64,000 bases of DNA, from positions 1-64,000 of the forward strand of contig JASLZZ010000039.1 in NCBI GenBank assembly GCA_030754595.1, read 5' to 3'. Both the position numbers and the translations under genes were made by a program. Under the pieces are notes generated by a model, which did not search any database, was not told the origin of the DNA, and saw nothing but the letters and a program-made list of their open reading frames with translations. The DNA is from Nitrospinota bacterium. Its GTDB lineage: Bacteria; UBA8248. Of the stretch, positions 1-10,789 are shown in pieces. The first letter of the stretch is position 1; each line of letters starts with the position of its first letter.

Positions 1-20
1 ATGCTCATTATTGTTCCTCC
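1..20 (-). CDS. Probable RBS and start codon of a divergent gene running off the left edge
   Basis: Minus strand reads GGGGAGGAACAATA-ATG-AGC (ATG = complement of 6-8); only 2 codons visible. Confidence 0.35.
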
Positions 21-257
21 CCGATATTTCCCATATTGTTACTTGGATAGAACGATTCTAGCAACAATTGGTCGTTCCAAGCCAAGTTTTTCATTCCGAG
101 CGGCCGGCTCTGGGCCCGGATCAGAATTTGGGGAACCCTCAAATGGTTCCAGACATCTCATAGGGAGTGGTACAACTATTGGGGGGAGGTCATCCCTCAT
201 AGGACACCGCGTTCATAGTTTCTTTTTAATCCTTTCTTGCGAGGGAGGAGGAAGTCA

Positions 258-1094
258 ATGGCCAGGCGGTACGGAAGGGAGGAGATCGTCGAGAGGCTTC
301 GTGGGGAACTCGACCGCGGGAGGAGCCTCTTCGCGGTTGTGGCCGGAAGCGGAATCTCGGCAAAGTTCACCGAAGCTGGAGGTGCGGACCTCATCATGGC
401 CTATGGCGGGGCCAAGTTCCGCATGGCGGGCCTGAGCTCGATGTGCGGCTATCTGCCCATCTACGATGCCAACAGCACTGTGCTGGAGTTCGGGCCCCGG
501 GAGATCTTCCCCGTGGTGAAGGAGGCCCCGGTCGTGGCGGGCCTCTTCGGGGCCGACCCAACATGGGACTTGGGGGACCTCCTCGATCAAGTGGCTCGGG
601 CGGGCTTTTCCGGGGTCATGAACGCCCCCACCCTGGCCCTCGTGGACGGCTTCTTTCGGCAAACGCTGGAGGAGACGGGGATCAGCTACGAGAGGGAGGT
701 GGAGATGGTAGCCCTTGCCCGGGAGAGGGACCTCTTCACGATGGGTTTTGCCAGCCAGGAAGACGAGGTCGAGAAGATGGTGGGAGCCGGCTGCGACATG
801 CTCGTAATCCACCTTGGAAATACGATAGGCGGTTCCATCGGCTCCAGCACCGCCGTCTCGCGCGACGAGGCCGCAGAGAGCAGCGCGAAGCTCTCCCGGC
901 TCGGTAAGGGGCTCAGGAGAGAGCTCCTCTCTGTCGTCCACGGCGGACCCATCTCCATGCCCGATGATTTCCGGTACCTCAAGCAGAGCGCAAAGGAGGT
1001 GGACGGCTTTCTCGCGGGCTCAAGCGCTGAGCGCCTCCCCGTGGAGCGGGGCATCCGGGAGACGGCCAAGGAGTTCAAGGGCATCCCTCACTGA
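258..1094 (+). CDS. TIM-barrel protein, phosphoenolpyruvate hydrolase-like / TIM-barrel signal transduction family
   Basis: Motifs AGSGISAKFTEAGGADLI, KFRMAG-SS-G-LP-DAN, HGGPI-PDD, GFLAGSSAERLPVE; GGAGG RBS before ATG 258; adjacent to Tm-1-like gene. Confidence 0.85.
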   Translation: MARRYGREEIVERLRGELDRGRSLFAVVAGSGISAKFTEAGGADLIMAYGGAKFRMAGLSSMCGYLPIYDANSTVLEFGPREIFPVVKEAPVVAGLFGADPTWDLGDLLDQVARAGFSGVMNAPTLALVDGFFRQTLEETGISYEREVEMVALARERDLFTMGFASQEDEVEKMVGAGCDMLVIHLGNTIGGSIGSSTAVSRDEAAESSAKLSRLGKGLRRELLSVVHGGPISMPDDFRYLKQSAKEVDGFLAGSSAERLPVERGIRETAKEFKGIPH

Positions 1095-1105
1095 AAGGAA
1101 TAGCC

Positions 1106-2356
1106 ATGGGAGAGGGGGTACTCGTCATTTGCGCCCTGGACTCCAAGGGAGAAGTTTTCGAGTTTCTGAGAGGGCGACTTTTGGCGCATGGGCTGGCGCC
1201 CATCACCCTGGACGTGAGTTGCAGGGAGTTCCGCCCCGAGTTCCGGCAGGAGTTCAGCGCTCCGGAGGTCGCCCGAGAGGGAGGAGCCGAATTCCGCGAG
1301 GTCCAGGCGGAGACGAAGCCGGGGGCCAGGCCCGTCATGGTTAAGGGGGGAAGGCGCATCGCCTCCCGCCTTCTGGCCCAGAAAAAAATAAGAGGCTGTA
1401 TCTCCGTCGGCGGAGCCAACGGGACCGGTATGGCCTGCGACATCATGCAAGCCCTCCCGATAGGATTTCCCAAGCTCGTGGTCTCGTGTGTCGCTTCGGG
1501 TGACACGCGGGGTTACGTGGGCGCCAAAGACATCACAATGATGCACTCGGTGGGGGAGATTTCCCTCAACCGGATGATCGAGTGCATCCTCTCCAATGCC
1601 GCAGCCGCCATGGCTGGCATGGCCCGCTTGGAGCCTCCCGAGGAGGGCGAGCGGAAGCCCCTCGTCGCCATCTCCACCTTCGGCGTCACCGAGCCCTGTG
1701 TGAAGCGGGCCAGCGGGCTGCTCAGGGAGCGAGGATACGAGGTCATGGAGTTTCACTCCTCGGGCGCGGGTGGCATGGGCCTCGAGGAGCTGGTGAAGGA
1801 GGGACAAGTGGAAGGGGTTTTGGACATCACCACCTCGGAGCTTGCAGATGAGCTCGTGGGCGGTATCTACAGCGCAGGACCCAGAAGGATGGAGGCCGCC
1901 GGGGAGATGGGGGTTCCCCAGGTGGTGCTCCCGGGAGCGATGGAAGTGATGAACTTCGGAGCGCCCGAGACCGTTCCCTCCCGCTTCTCGGGCAGCGCTT
2001 TTTTCCGGTACACGGCGGAGATCACGCTCATGAGGTCGAACCCCGAGCAGAGCGCCCTTCTCGGGGAGGAATTCGCCCGCAAGCTCAATCGGGCCCAAGG
2101 TCCCACGGCGGTCCTCATCCCCATGGGGGGTTTCTCACATCTCGACCGCTCCGAGGGCCTTCAGGCCGTGAGCTATGAAGGTGAGGCCCTCGGGCCCTGG
2201 CATGATCCTCTGGCGAACCAGGAATTCATGAGAGCGCTCGAAGCGGCGCTCGACACCTCGAGGGTGGAACTCCTTCGGGTGGACGCCCACATAAACGACC
2301 CCGCCTGTGCCGAAAAAGCGGTAGAGACCCTCGAAGAACTCATGGGGAGAACCTGA
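1106..2356 (+). CDS. Tm-1-like ATP-binding domain protein (UPF0261)
   Basis: LDSKGE, GGANGT, LPIGFPKLVVS, YVGAKDITMMHSV, TFGVTEPCV, FHSSGAGG, LDITTSELADE, HINDP motifs. Confidence 0.88.
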   Translation: MGEGVLVICALDSKGEVFEFLRGRLLAHGLAPITLDVSCREFRPEFRQEFSAPEVAREGGAEFREVQAETKPGARPVMVKGGRRIASRLLAQKKIRGCISVGGANGTGMACDIMQALPIGFPKLVVSCVASGDTRGYVGAKDITMMHSVGEISLNRMIECILSNAAAAMAGMARLEPPEEGERKPLVAISTFGVTEPCVKRASGLLRERGYEVMEFHSSGAGGMGLEELVKEGQVEGVLDITTSELADELVGGIYSAGPRRMEAAGEMGVPQVVLPGAMEVMNFGAPETVPSRFSGSAFFRYTAEITLMRSNPEQSALLGEEFARKLNRAQGPTAVLIPMGGFSHLDRSEGLQAVSYEGEALGPWHDPLANQEFMRALEAALDTSRVELLRVDAHINDPACAEKAVETLEELMGRT

Positions 2357-2746
2357 TCTCTTATTGGGCTCCTCTAACTCCATCCTCCGACCGGGGACGT
2401 CTCACATCAATACGAACATTCACATAGTTCGCAATTATATTGGGTGTAAAGGAGACACTCAATGAAACCTAAACGCTTGCAAACCTTTGTGGTGGTTGCG
2501 TTTGCGTGGGTGATGTGGAGTAAAAGTCTCCCCATGAAGCAGAATGCTTTTGGTGAAATCCTTGGTCAGTTCTCAAAATCCGCAGCCCTAGACGTGGGGA
2601 TGAAGGGGCCTCTCGCCAGCATTTCTCATCCGTTGACCCCCCCCTAAACCCAAAAGTTAGACTTATCTAACGAACCACAAATATTGGCGTAATCGGCTCT
2701 CTGGAGGCTCTCCCGTGCGGTGTCCCCAGTGCCAATCTGATCTTCG

Positions 2747-2842
2747 ATCGACCACTTCCTCACTCGGCCTGTGGGAAGGCCGCCCTTAAAACCCCAGGTC
2801 CTCCCCGCGAGTTTCCCCTACAAGGCGAAGAGCTGGACGAGG
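2747..2842 (+). mobile_element. Degenerate internal fragment of an IS1380-family transposase
   Basis: Translates IDHFLTRPVGRPPLKPQVLPASFPYKAKSWTR, resembling the LTRPVGRPP-KP-V-SF-Y-A-SW segment of IS1380 transposases; no start or full ORF. Confidence 0.6.
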
Positions 2843-2942
2843 CTGGATCGGGTGATGCACCGAATCTACGAGAAGTTCGAATAATATTCTCCCGCCGGTT
2901 CTGTCGCCGGTTCCGGAGCGAAACTCCCGCCCCCCGGGCGAA

Positions 2943-4829
2943 CTAATCCAGGCCCTTCACCGCCTCGGCGATCTCCGGGAGAATCGCCGGGTCGTCGATG
3001 GTCGCCGGAGTTTTGTAGGGCTCTCCGTCCACGATTTTCGCCATTGTTCCCCGCAATATCTTGCCCGAGCGGGTTTTGGGCAGGCGCTGGACGACGAGGG
3101 CCCGCTTGAAGGAGGCGACCGGGCCGATTTTCTCGCGCACCATCCGGACGGCCTCGCCCTCGATTTCCTCGTTGTTTCTCTCCACCCCCGCATTGAGGAC
3201 CAGAAAGCCTAGCGGCAGCTGGCCCTTGAAGTTGTCCTTCACCCCGAGCACGGCGCATTCGGCGACGTCCGGATGGGCCGAGAGGACCTCCTCCATGGCG
3301 CCGGTCGATAGCCTGTGGCCGGCGACGTTGATGATGTCGTCGGTCCGGGACATCACGTAGACATAGCCGTCCTCGTCCATGTAACCCGCGTCGCCGGTTT
3401 TGTAGTAGCCCGGATATTCGGAGAGATATGCGTCGATGTAGCGCTGGTCAGCGTTCCAGAGCGTCGGCAGCGCGCCGGGGGGCAGAGGGAGCTTGACGGA
3501 GAGCGCCCCCATTTGCCCGCGCTCGACCTCCCGGCACTCGGTGTCGAGGACGCCAAAATCCCAGCCTGGAACCGCCTTCGTTGGCGACCCGTGGCGGACC
3601 GGGAGGGGTTCGATGCCATAGCAATTCGCCAGCATTGGCCAGCCGCTTTCGGTCTGCCAGTAGTGGTCGATGACGGGTACTCCGATGTGCTCCTCGGCCC
3701 ACTGGAGCGTATCTGGGTCCGAGCGCTCCCCCGCGAGGAAGAGGGTCCGGAACCCGCTCAGGTCATGGTCTTTCATCAGGGAGGCCTCGGGGTCGTCGCG
3801 CTTGATCGCCCGGAAGGCGGTGGGCGCGGTGAAGAGGACCGAGACGCCGTGCTCGGCGATCACCCGCCAGAAGACCCCGGCGTCGGGGGTGCCCACGGGC
3901 TTTCCCTCGAAGAGAATCGTGGTGCATCCGAGGAGCAGGGGGGCATACACAATATAGGAGTGTCCGACGACCCAGCCCACGTCCGAGGCCGCCCAGTAGA
4001 CCTCGCCGGGCTCGACGTCGTATACGTTTTTCATGCTCCATTTAAGCGCAACCATATGGCCGCCATTGTCGCGGACGATTCCCTTGGGCTCGCCTGTGGT
4101 CCCCGAGGTGTAGAGGATGTAGAGCGGGTCCGTCGATGCGACCGGTACGCACTCGGCCGGTTCCGCCGCCGCCATCGCCTCAGCCCAGTCCACGTCCCGG
4201 CTCGGGTGCAAATCGGCTCCGAGTTGGGGGCGCTGGAGGATGATGCAGCCATCGGGTTTGTGCCGCGCGATATCGATGGCCTCGTCAAGGAGCGGTTTGT
4301 AGGCGATGACTCCGGCCGGCTCGATTCCGCACGAAGCGGAAACCATGACCTTCGGGGTGGCGTCGTCGATCCGGGTGGCGAGCTCGTTGGCGGCGAAGCC
4401 GCCGAATACGACCGAATGGATGGCGCCGATACGGGCGCAGGCCAACATCGCCACCGCCGCCTCGGGGACCATCGGCATGTAGACGATCACGCGGTCACCC
4501 CGGTTGACGCCCTGCGCCAGAAGTGCCCCGGCGAAGAGGGCGACCTCGTCCCTGAGTTCCTTGTATGTGTATTTTTTCATGGAACCGGTAATAGGGCTGT
4601 CATAGATGAGAGCGAGTTGGTCGGCGCGGTCGCCCACCACCTGGCGGTCGAGGGCGTTGTAGCAGGTATTCACTTAGCCGCCCGGGAACCAGCGGTAAAA
4701 CGGAGGGTTCGTGTCGTCGAGAACCGTTTCCCATTTCTTGTGCCAGTGGAGGTCCGCCGCAGCCTCGGCCCAGAAGGCTTCGCGCTCCCCTAGCGATCTT
4801 TTGTGGGCTCTTAAATATTCTCCGGCCAT
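2943..4829 (-). pseudogene. prpE: Propionate/acetate-CoA ligase (PrpE-like) interrupted by in-frame TAA at 4674-4676
   Basis: ORFs 4674..4991 and 2943..4673 share a frame: ...FYRWFPGG*VNTCYNALDR; YTSGTTGEPKG, DHYWQTE and PKTRSGKILR motifs; ATG at 4829. Confidence 0.8.
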
Positions 4830-4926
4830 AGTTCCCCCACCTGAAATGGTCCAGCCGATGCGCGTGGACGGCTGGTTTCGTAAGGCCCCGCCCGATCGAG
4901 GGATTGAGCAAGGACAAATGGATAGG

Positions 4927-5934
4927 TCAAGATTCGATGTTCCGAAAGCTGGAGACATCGACAGCTTCTCCTGTTTCGGCGCTGGATTCAATCGCCTGGA
5001 GGACCGCCGTCACCTCGAGCCCCTCAGGGGCGCCCGCCTCGGGTGAGGTCCCCTCCCGGACGCAGCGGGCGAACTCGGCCAACTGGTCCCCAACCGGGTC
5101 CCCCGCCTCGACCGGTAGCTCACGGCGGGCGGACTCTTCTTTTTTCTGAAGATAGAGTTTCGACCCGTCCTCTTCGCTCCATGCGGCCGCCTCGGTCCCG
5201 TAGGCGGCGGTCGTGATGAGTTTCGGGACGACCCAGCTCGTGGAGAGATACCCCAGCGGTCCGCTCTCGAATTCCATGCCGATGACAGTCGCGTCGTCGA
5301 GATTACCCTGGCCGAGTATTTTTTTGCTGAACGCGAAAACGCGCTTCACCGGGCCCGCTAGGTAGTTGAAATTATCCACCAGATGGACGCCCATCGTGGT
5401 CATCCCGCCGTCCGGGCACTCGGCCCGGTCGTTCCGCCAGCCCTGCGGGGGGTTCTGCCCGGCAGGTACCGAGATCACCCCTTCGAGCTGATGGAGTACG
5501 CCAAGCTCCCCTTTATCGAGCATCTCCCGGATGCGGCGAGTCGCCCCCAGCCGGCGGTGCTTGAAGCCCACCTGGAGAATCACCCCCGCCGACTCGGCGG
5601 CCCGAATGGCTTTTTTCGCTCCCGCCACGGTCAGTGTGAGGGGTTTTTCCACGAACAGGTGCTTTCCGGCGGCGGCGGCCCGCTCGATCACCTCCTCGTG
5701 GGCGGAGTGCGGTGTTGCGATCAACACCCCTTCGACCTCGGGGTCGCCTAAAAGCGCGTCGAGGGTGGCCGAGGTGCGACAGCCGTGTTTCTCGGCGAAG
5801 GCCTTTCTCGTCTCTCCGGTCCGCGAAAAACCGTTGACGACCTCGGCCTAGCCGCATCGGGCTGCGGCGGTGGCCAGGGAGTTTCCCCAGGCGCCGAGCC
5901 CAATCAGGCCCAAGCCCATTTTTCCGTTTGTCAT
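4927..5934 (-). pseudogene. Gfo/Idh/MocA oxidoreductase with in-frame TAG at 5848-5850
   Basis: From ATG 5934: MTNGKMGLGLIGLGAWGNSLATAAARCG*AEVVNGFSR...LIATPHSAH...HLFVEKP; the Rossmann GxGxxG lies upstream of the TAG in the same frame. Confidence 0.8.
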
Positions 5935-6162
5935 GCGCTCCTCCGTCCGTTTCCTGAATCGGTTCGTTTCCTGAGGAAAGAGGTGAAGAGGCAAGTGTGA
6001 TTCATAAAGGGCCCGGGAGGGCGCAAAATATTGAGGACAGAGGCCCGGGCGGCGCGGCCATTCCGCTCATCGCCTAAATGCATTATTGTGGGTTTCGTCC
6101 AAAATCGAAATGCAGAATGTTGCTTTTTACTCCTGAAATAATCTTCAAAGGAGAAATTTCTT

Positions 6163-7788
6163 ATGGCGACCTATGCCGATGTCGTGGCGGCCGCGCTCTC
6201 GGATGCCGGAATCGAATATATCTTCGGCGTTCCGGGCTCCCTCGGTTCCGTGGAGTTGATCGAGGCCGCCCGGCGGCGCGGAATCCGGTATGTCCTGTGC
6301 AGCAACGAGGCGAGCGCGGCTGTCATGGCCGGGACTTACGGAGTCCTCACGAACCGGCCGGGGGTGTGCAGCACCGGCGTGGGGCCGGGTGCGGCGGCCG
6401 CCGTCCTGGGGGTGGCGAACAGTTTTCTCGAGCGCGCGCCCTGCCTTGTTCTGACCGACCGCTACTCCGACGAGCAGTTCCGCCGCCTCCAGCGCCAGCG
6501 CCTCGATCAGGACCAGATCTACCGGCCCATCACCAAGGGTTCTTTCAAGTTGGCCGCCGACTCCGTCGCCCAAACGATGCGCCGCGCCCTCGCCCTCGCG
6601 ATGGAGGGCCGTCAGGGACCGGTCCATGTGGACCTTCCCTACGACGTGATGCAGGCCGGGGCGGAGGAGGGGGATTTCCCGGCCGAAGCTTCCGGCCAAC
6701 GCTACGCCGGAAAGACGGGCTCCGCCCATCCGGGCCTCGAGGCCGCCGCCGCCGAGATCGCCCGGGCTGAGCGGCCCGCCGTCCTGGTGGGGCTTCAGGT
6801 GAACCGATCGGGACGGGAGGCGGAGGAGGCGTTTGCCTCCTTCGCAGAGCGCCTCGGCGCCCCGGTGTTCGCGTCGCTGGCGGCGAAGGGCATCCTGCCG
6901 GAGAGCCATCCGCTCGCGATGGGGACGTTTCGCGGCGCGGCCTCGGAAATGGAAATCCTCGGCAAGGCCGATCTGCTCATCCTCGCGGGGTTCGACATGG
7001 TGGAGCTCTTCACCCCCGGCCATTGGAACCACCCTCAACCCATTGTCATGCTCGACGAGGTGGCCCATATCGACGATATCGTCCGGCCGCGCGTCGAGGT
7101 GGTGGCCGATCTCGCCGACAGCCTCGGCGCGCTGGCGGGGAGCGTTCCGCCCTCGGTGGGTTGGAATTCCGAAGACCTCGACTCCTACCGCGCGATGCGG
7201 CGCGCCATTCTCTTTGACAAGGGCAACGGGCTGATGCCCGGAGCGGTGGTTCGCATCGCGCGCGAATGCCTGCCCGACGGCGGAATCATGACCGCCGACG
7301 CGGGAAGTCATAAGGTGTTGGCGAGCGATACTTGGGAGACGCGCCGCCCTCGGGGTTTCCTTACATCGAGCGGTTTGGGCTCGATGGCGGTGGGGCTTCC
7401 AGCGGCGATCGCGGCGAAGTTGGTCGAGCCGGCAACGCCCGTTGTTTGCCTGACGGGGGACGGTGGTTTTCTCATGCGGCTGGGCGACCTTGAGACAGCC
7501 TCCCGCGAAGGGGCGTCCATCGTTGTCGTTGTGTTTAACGACGGGTATCTGAATCTCATCAAGATCAAGCAGGACACGCGGAACTTCGAGCGGGTCGGGA
7601 CGGATTTTCGCGCCTCGGATTATGTGGCCGTCGCCCGCGGCCTTGGTTTCGAGGCGGTCCGGGTGGACACCGAGGCCGCTTTGAAAGAGGCGCTGGAGAA
7701 TGCTTTTTCATCCGGCGGGGGATGGGTCATCGATGCGGCCATCGACCCTGACGGGTATATCGCGGCCAAGGATGTCCGGCCGGAATAG
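6163..7788 (+). CDS. Thiamine-pyrophosphate-dependent enzyme (acetolactate synthase-like superfamily)
   Basis: IFGVPG, NEASAA, GPVHVDLPYD and TPP motif GDGGFLM...VVFND. Confidence 0.88.
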   Translation: MATYADVVAAALSDAGIEYIFGVPGSLGSVELIEAARRRGIRYVLCSNEASAAVMAGTYGVLTNRPGVCSTGVGPGAAAAVLGVANSFLERAPCLVLTDRYSDEQFRRLQRQRLDQDQIYRPITKGSFKLAADSVAQTMRRALALAMEGRQGPVHVDLPYDVMQAGAEEGDFPAEASGQRYAGKTGSAHPGLEAAAAEIARAERPAVLVGLQVNRSGREAEEAFASFAERLGAPVFASLAAKGILPESHPLAMGTFRGAASEMEILGKADLLILAGFDMVELFTPGHWNHPQPIVMLDEVAHIDDIVRPRVEVVADLADSLGALAGSVPPSVGWNSEDLDSYRAMRRAILFDKGNGLMPGAVVRIARECLPDGGIMTADAGSHKVLASDTWETRRPRGFLTSSGLGSMAVGLPAAIAAKLVEPATPVVCLTGDGGFLMRLGDLETASREGASIVVVVFNDGYLNLIKIKQDTRNFERVGTDFRASDYVAVARGLGFEAVRVDTEAALKEALENAFSSGGGWVIDAAIDPDGYIAAKDVRPE

Positions 7789-7841
7789 ACGGTCCGGCCC
7801 CGTGCGGAAGTTCGAGTGGGTGTGAATATCTATAAAATCCA

Positions 7842-9512
7842 CTAGGGGCTCCACTGCGCCATATTTTCCTTCACCTCCCGGATTACGGTGTCCCAGTCGC
7901 CGATGGTTTTTTGCCGGAACAGGCGCATGGTCGGGTACCAGGGAGTGTCCTCCCTTTCCATCAGCCATCGCCAGTCGGGGACAAAGGGGAGGAGCGTCCA
8001 GACGGGTTTTTCTATCGCGCCTGTCAAATGCGCCGTGGCCGTGTCCACCGTGATGAGAAGGTCGAGCTGTCCGACCGCCGAGGCGGTGGCTGAAAAGTCG
8101 GTCAGACGGTCCTCCAGGCCCAACACGCCTATCCGCCCCGCCGGAGAGCCCACCTGAAGGCTGAAGAACCGGACGCTGTCCATGCTCAGGAGCGGCCCGA
8201 ATGTATCGAGCGGGATGGAGCGGTTCCGGTCGTTATGGTGCTCGGGGTTGCCCGCCCAGACGAGCCCGGCCTTCAGTGCTCCGGGTGGAGCGGCTATAGC
8301 GGCGGACATTTCGGGGTTTTCGGGCGGCCGGAGATAGGGACATTCTCCGGGGATGGTCTCAAGCGTTGTTCTCAGAATATGGGGAAGGCTCATGAGGGGA
8401 GCCTAAAGGTCGAAGGCGGGCCGCGCCTCCCCCTCGGCGATCACCGAATCGAACCAGGGCATCGTTTCGAGCAGGGTTTTCAGTCCGCCCTGGCACTCCA
8501 GAATCAGTTTGACGCCCAAATCGACAATCGGCCTCGCGTAGCGGACCATTTGAAGGGTGTCGTCGATCCCCTGCTCGCAGTGAAGAAGAAGGGTTTTGCC
8601 CTCCAGCGGAGAACCGTCCCAGCGCGGCTGGATGAAAGATTTTCTCTTGCCGCGATAGAAGGGCGACTCCCATCGGGTTTCGTATCGACGCCATCCGGCG
8701 GGCAGGTCGCCCATGAGGAGCAACGAGATGGAAAGGTTGTAGGCGGCGTTCTTGTACTCCGGGTCGAGGGCGAGTGCCCGCTCGTAGGAGGCGACGGCCT
8801 CCGCGAGCCGACCCTGCTTGTAGAGCGTGTTTCCCAGGTTGTTGTGGGTGATCGGCGAGGTGGGCCGAATGGAGATCGCCTTCCGAAAGGCGGCTTCGGC
8901 CTCGCTCAGGTTTTCCCGCTCCTGAAAGAGGTTCCCGAGGTTGCTGTGAGCGGCTGCGTAATTTGGCTGAATGGCGAGGGCCCGCTCGAAGGCCGCCCGG
9001 GCCCGTGTGGTATGACCCTGCGCCTGAAGCGCGATACCGAGGTTGTTGTGCGCCTCGGCGTATTCGGGGTTCAGCGAGATCGCCCTTGAGGCAAGAGAGG
9101 CGGCCTCGGCGAAATTTTCCTGTTTGAGCCGCGCCTCTCCGAGAAGGTGGTGGCCCATCGCGGAGGAAGGGTCGAGCGAGAGCGCTTCCTCGAAAGAAGC
9201 GGCCGCCTCGTCGATCCTTCCGAGTTCGGTGAGAGTGGTCCCTAGGTTGTTGCGGAAGGAGGCGTCCCGGGGGTCGAGTCGAATGGCTTTAGCGATGTAT
9301 TCGGCGGCGGCGGCGGGATTTCCGCCCTGGAGGGCGGCCACGCCATAGAAATGGTTGGCCTTCGGGTGCTCGGGGTGGGTGGCGAGAATCCGGCGGTAGA
9401 TATCCTCCGCCTCGCGGACCCAGCCCGCCTGATGGAGCGTCAGGGCCTCCTTGAGCAGCGCGCCGGCCACCGGCTCTCCGGCCGCTCCCGCGGTCCCTTC
9501 CGGGCCGTCCAT
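7842..9512 (-). pseudogene. TPR-repeat / glycosyltransferase-like (GT-B, GT9-like C-terminus) protein with in-frame TAG at 8403-8405
   Basis: Multiple TPRs, then GWRRYETRW, WDGSPLEGKTLLLHCEQG; ...PAFDL*APLMSLPH continues in frame to GLVWAGNP, ITVDTATAHL, DWRW...TPWYPTMRLFRQ. Confidence 0.8.
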
Positions 9513-9667
9513 GGCTTTCACCCTCTCCAAAAAAAGCGCCAGGCCGCCGGGCCATCGGGTTGTGGCACCGGATCGCGGCTAGTCTCATCCGTCGCGTCTT
9601 TGTATCATGGTCTTCATATCATGAGGTTCAGACTATACCTTATCCGTCTCCGGAGGAGTCTTATCGG

Positions 9668-10705
9668 ATGAAAGCCTTGATGAAAACCGCCAAGGGGCCG
9701 GGCCAGATGTCGATACAGGATATCGAGGAACCCTCACCGGGTCCGGGGCAGGTCCGGGTCCGGGTTAAGTGGGCGGGAATCTGCGGCACCGATGTCCATA
9801 TCGCCTCGGGCGAGTTTTTCTATTATTTTCCGCCCCTCGTCCTGGGCCACGAGTTCGCGGGCGAGGTGGACGAAATCGGCGAGGGCGTGGAGGGGGTTTC
9901 GGCGGGGGACCGGGTGGCGGTCGAGCCCACGAAAAGCGCCTGTGGCCAGTGCCTTCATTGCGCGGGGGGGAACTACAACCGCTGCGAGGAACGCGATATC
10001 GCCGGGGTCGTTTCTCACGGCGCGTTTACCAATTATGTGGTCACCCGCGCCGCCTCCCTTCATCAGCTGCCGGATTCTGTCAGCTTAAAGGCGGCGGCCT
10101 TGATGGAGCCGTTGGCCGTTTGCGTCCACGGGGTGACCGAGCAGTGCACCCTTGCCGAAGGGGATATCGTGCTGGTCGTGGGACCGGGGACCATCGGCCT
10201 CGCCTGCGCGCAGGTGGCGATGGCCTCGGGCGCGCGGGTCATCGTCGCCGGCACCTCGCGGGACTCGGCCCGGCTCGCTCTGGTGAAACGGTTGGGCGCC
10301 TTTCAAACGGTGAATGTAGAGGAAGGCGATCTCGAGGGCGCGGTGGCAGAGGCGACCGGCAGCGCGGGGGTGGACATGGCGATCGAGGCCGTGGGCGCGG
10401 CCGCTTCCGTCCAGGCCTGCTTCGAGGCGGTTCGGAAGGGCGGGCAGATTCTCCAGGTCGGCCTGCCCGGTGAGCCGGTGGCGGTGGACCTGACACGGCT
10501 GGCCTGGAAGGAGATTCGCCTCGCCGGCACCTTTGGCCAGAAATATTCCGCCTGGAGGAAGGCGCTCCGGTTTCTCGAAGAGGGGAAGGTGGACACCGAG
10601 GCGATGGTTTCGGATGTCCTGCCTTTGGCGGATTGGGAGGCGGGGTTCCGCATCATGGAGCGTGGCGAAGGACTCAAGGTTCTTCTGGAGCCGTTTCCGC
10701 TTTAG
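9668..10705 (+). CDS. Zinc-dependent medium-chain dehydrogenase (threonine/sorbitol dehydrogenase-like)
   Basis: GICGTD, GHEFAG, CGQCLHC...C structural Zn site, GPGTIG; GGAGGAG RBS before ATG 9668. Confidence 0.9.
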   Translation: MKALMKTAKGPGQMSIQDIEEPSPGPGQVRVRVKWAGICGTDVHIASGEFFYYFPPLVLGHEFAGEVDEIGEGVEGVSAGDRVAVEPTKSACGQCLHCAGGNYNRCEERDIAGVVSHGAFTNYVVTRAASLHQLPDSVSLKAAALMEPLAVCVHGVTEQCTLAEGDIVLVVGPGTIGLACAQVAMASGARVIVAGTSRDSARLALVKRLGAFQTVNVEEGDLEGAVAEATGSAGVDMAIEAVGAAASVQACFEAVRKGGQILQVGLPGEPVAVDLTRLAWKEIRLAGTFGQKYSAWRKALRFLEEGKVDTEAMVSDVLPLADWEAGFRIMERGEGLKVLLEPFPL

Positions 10706-10789
10706 CGGCGGAGTTCGAAATTATTGGCGATAAGGCTCCCAGACGTTCTTTAAATCGTTGCCGATGTTTTTATTGTTGAGGAATGGGCG

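Noticed and set aside
21..2630. CCGATATTTCCCAT (21) and CCAGCATTTCTCAT (~2617) as IS ends flanking the Tm-1 module
   Set aside because: Only 10 of 14 bases match, they are in the same orientation, and no target duplication was seen.
3315..4793. Long antisense ORFs (also 21205..22524, 45727..47085, 49066..50211, 55715..57466)
   Set aside because: Shadow frames of real genes in high-GC DNA, with no recognisable motifs.
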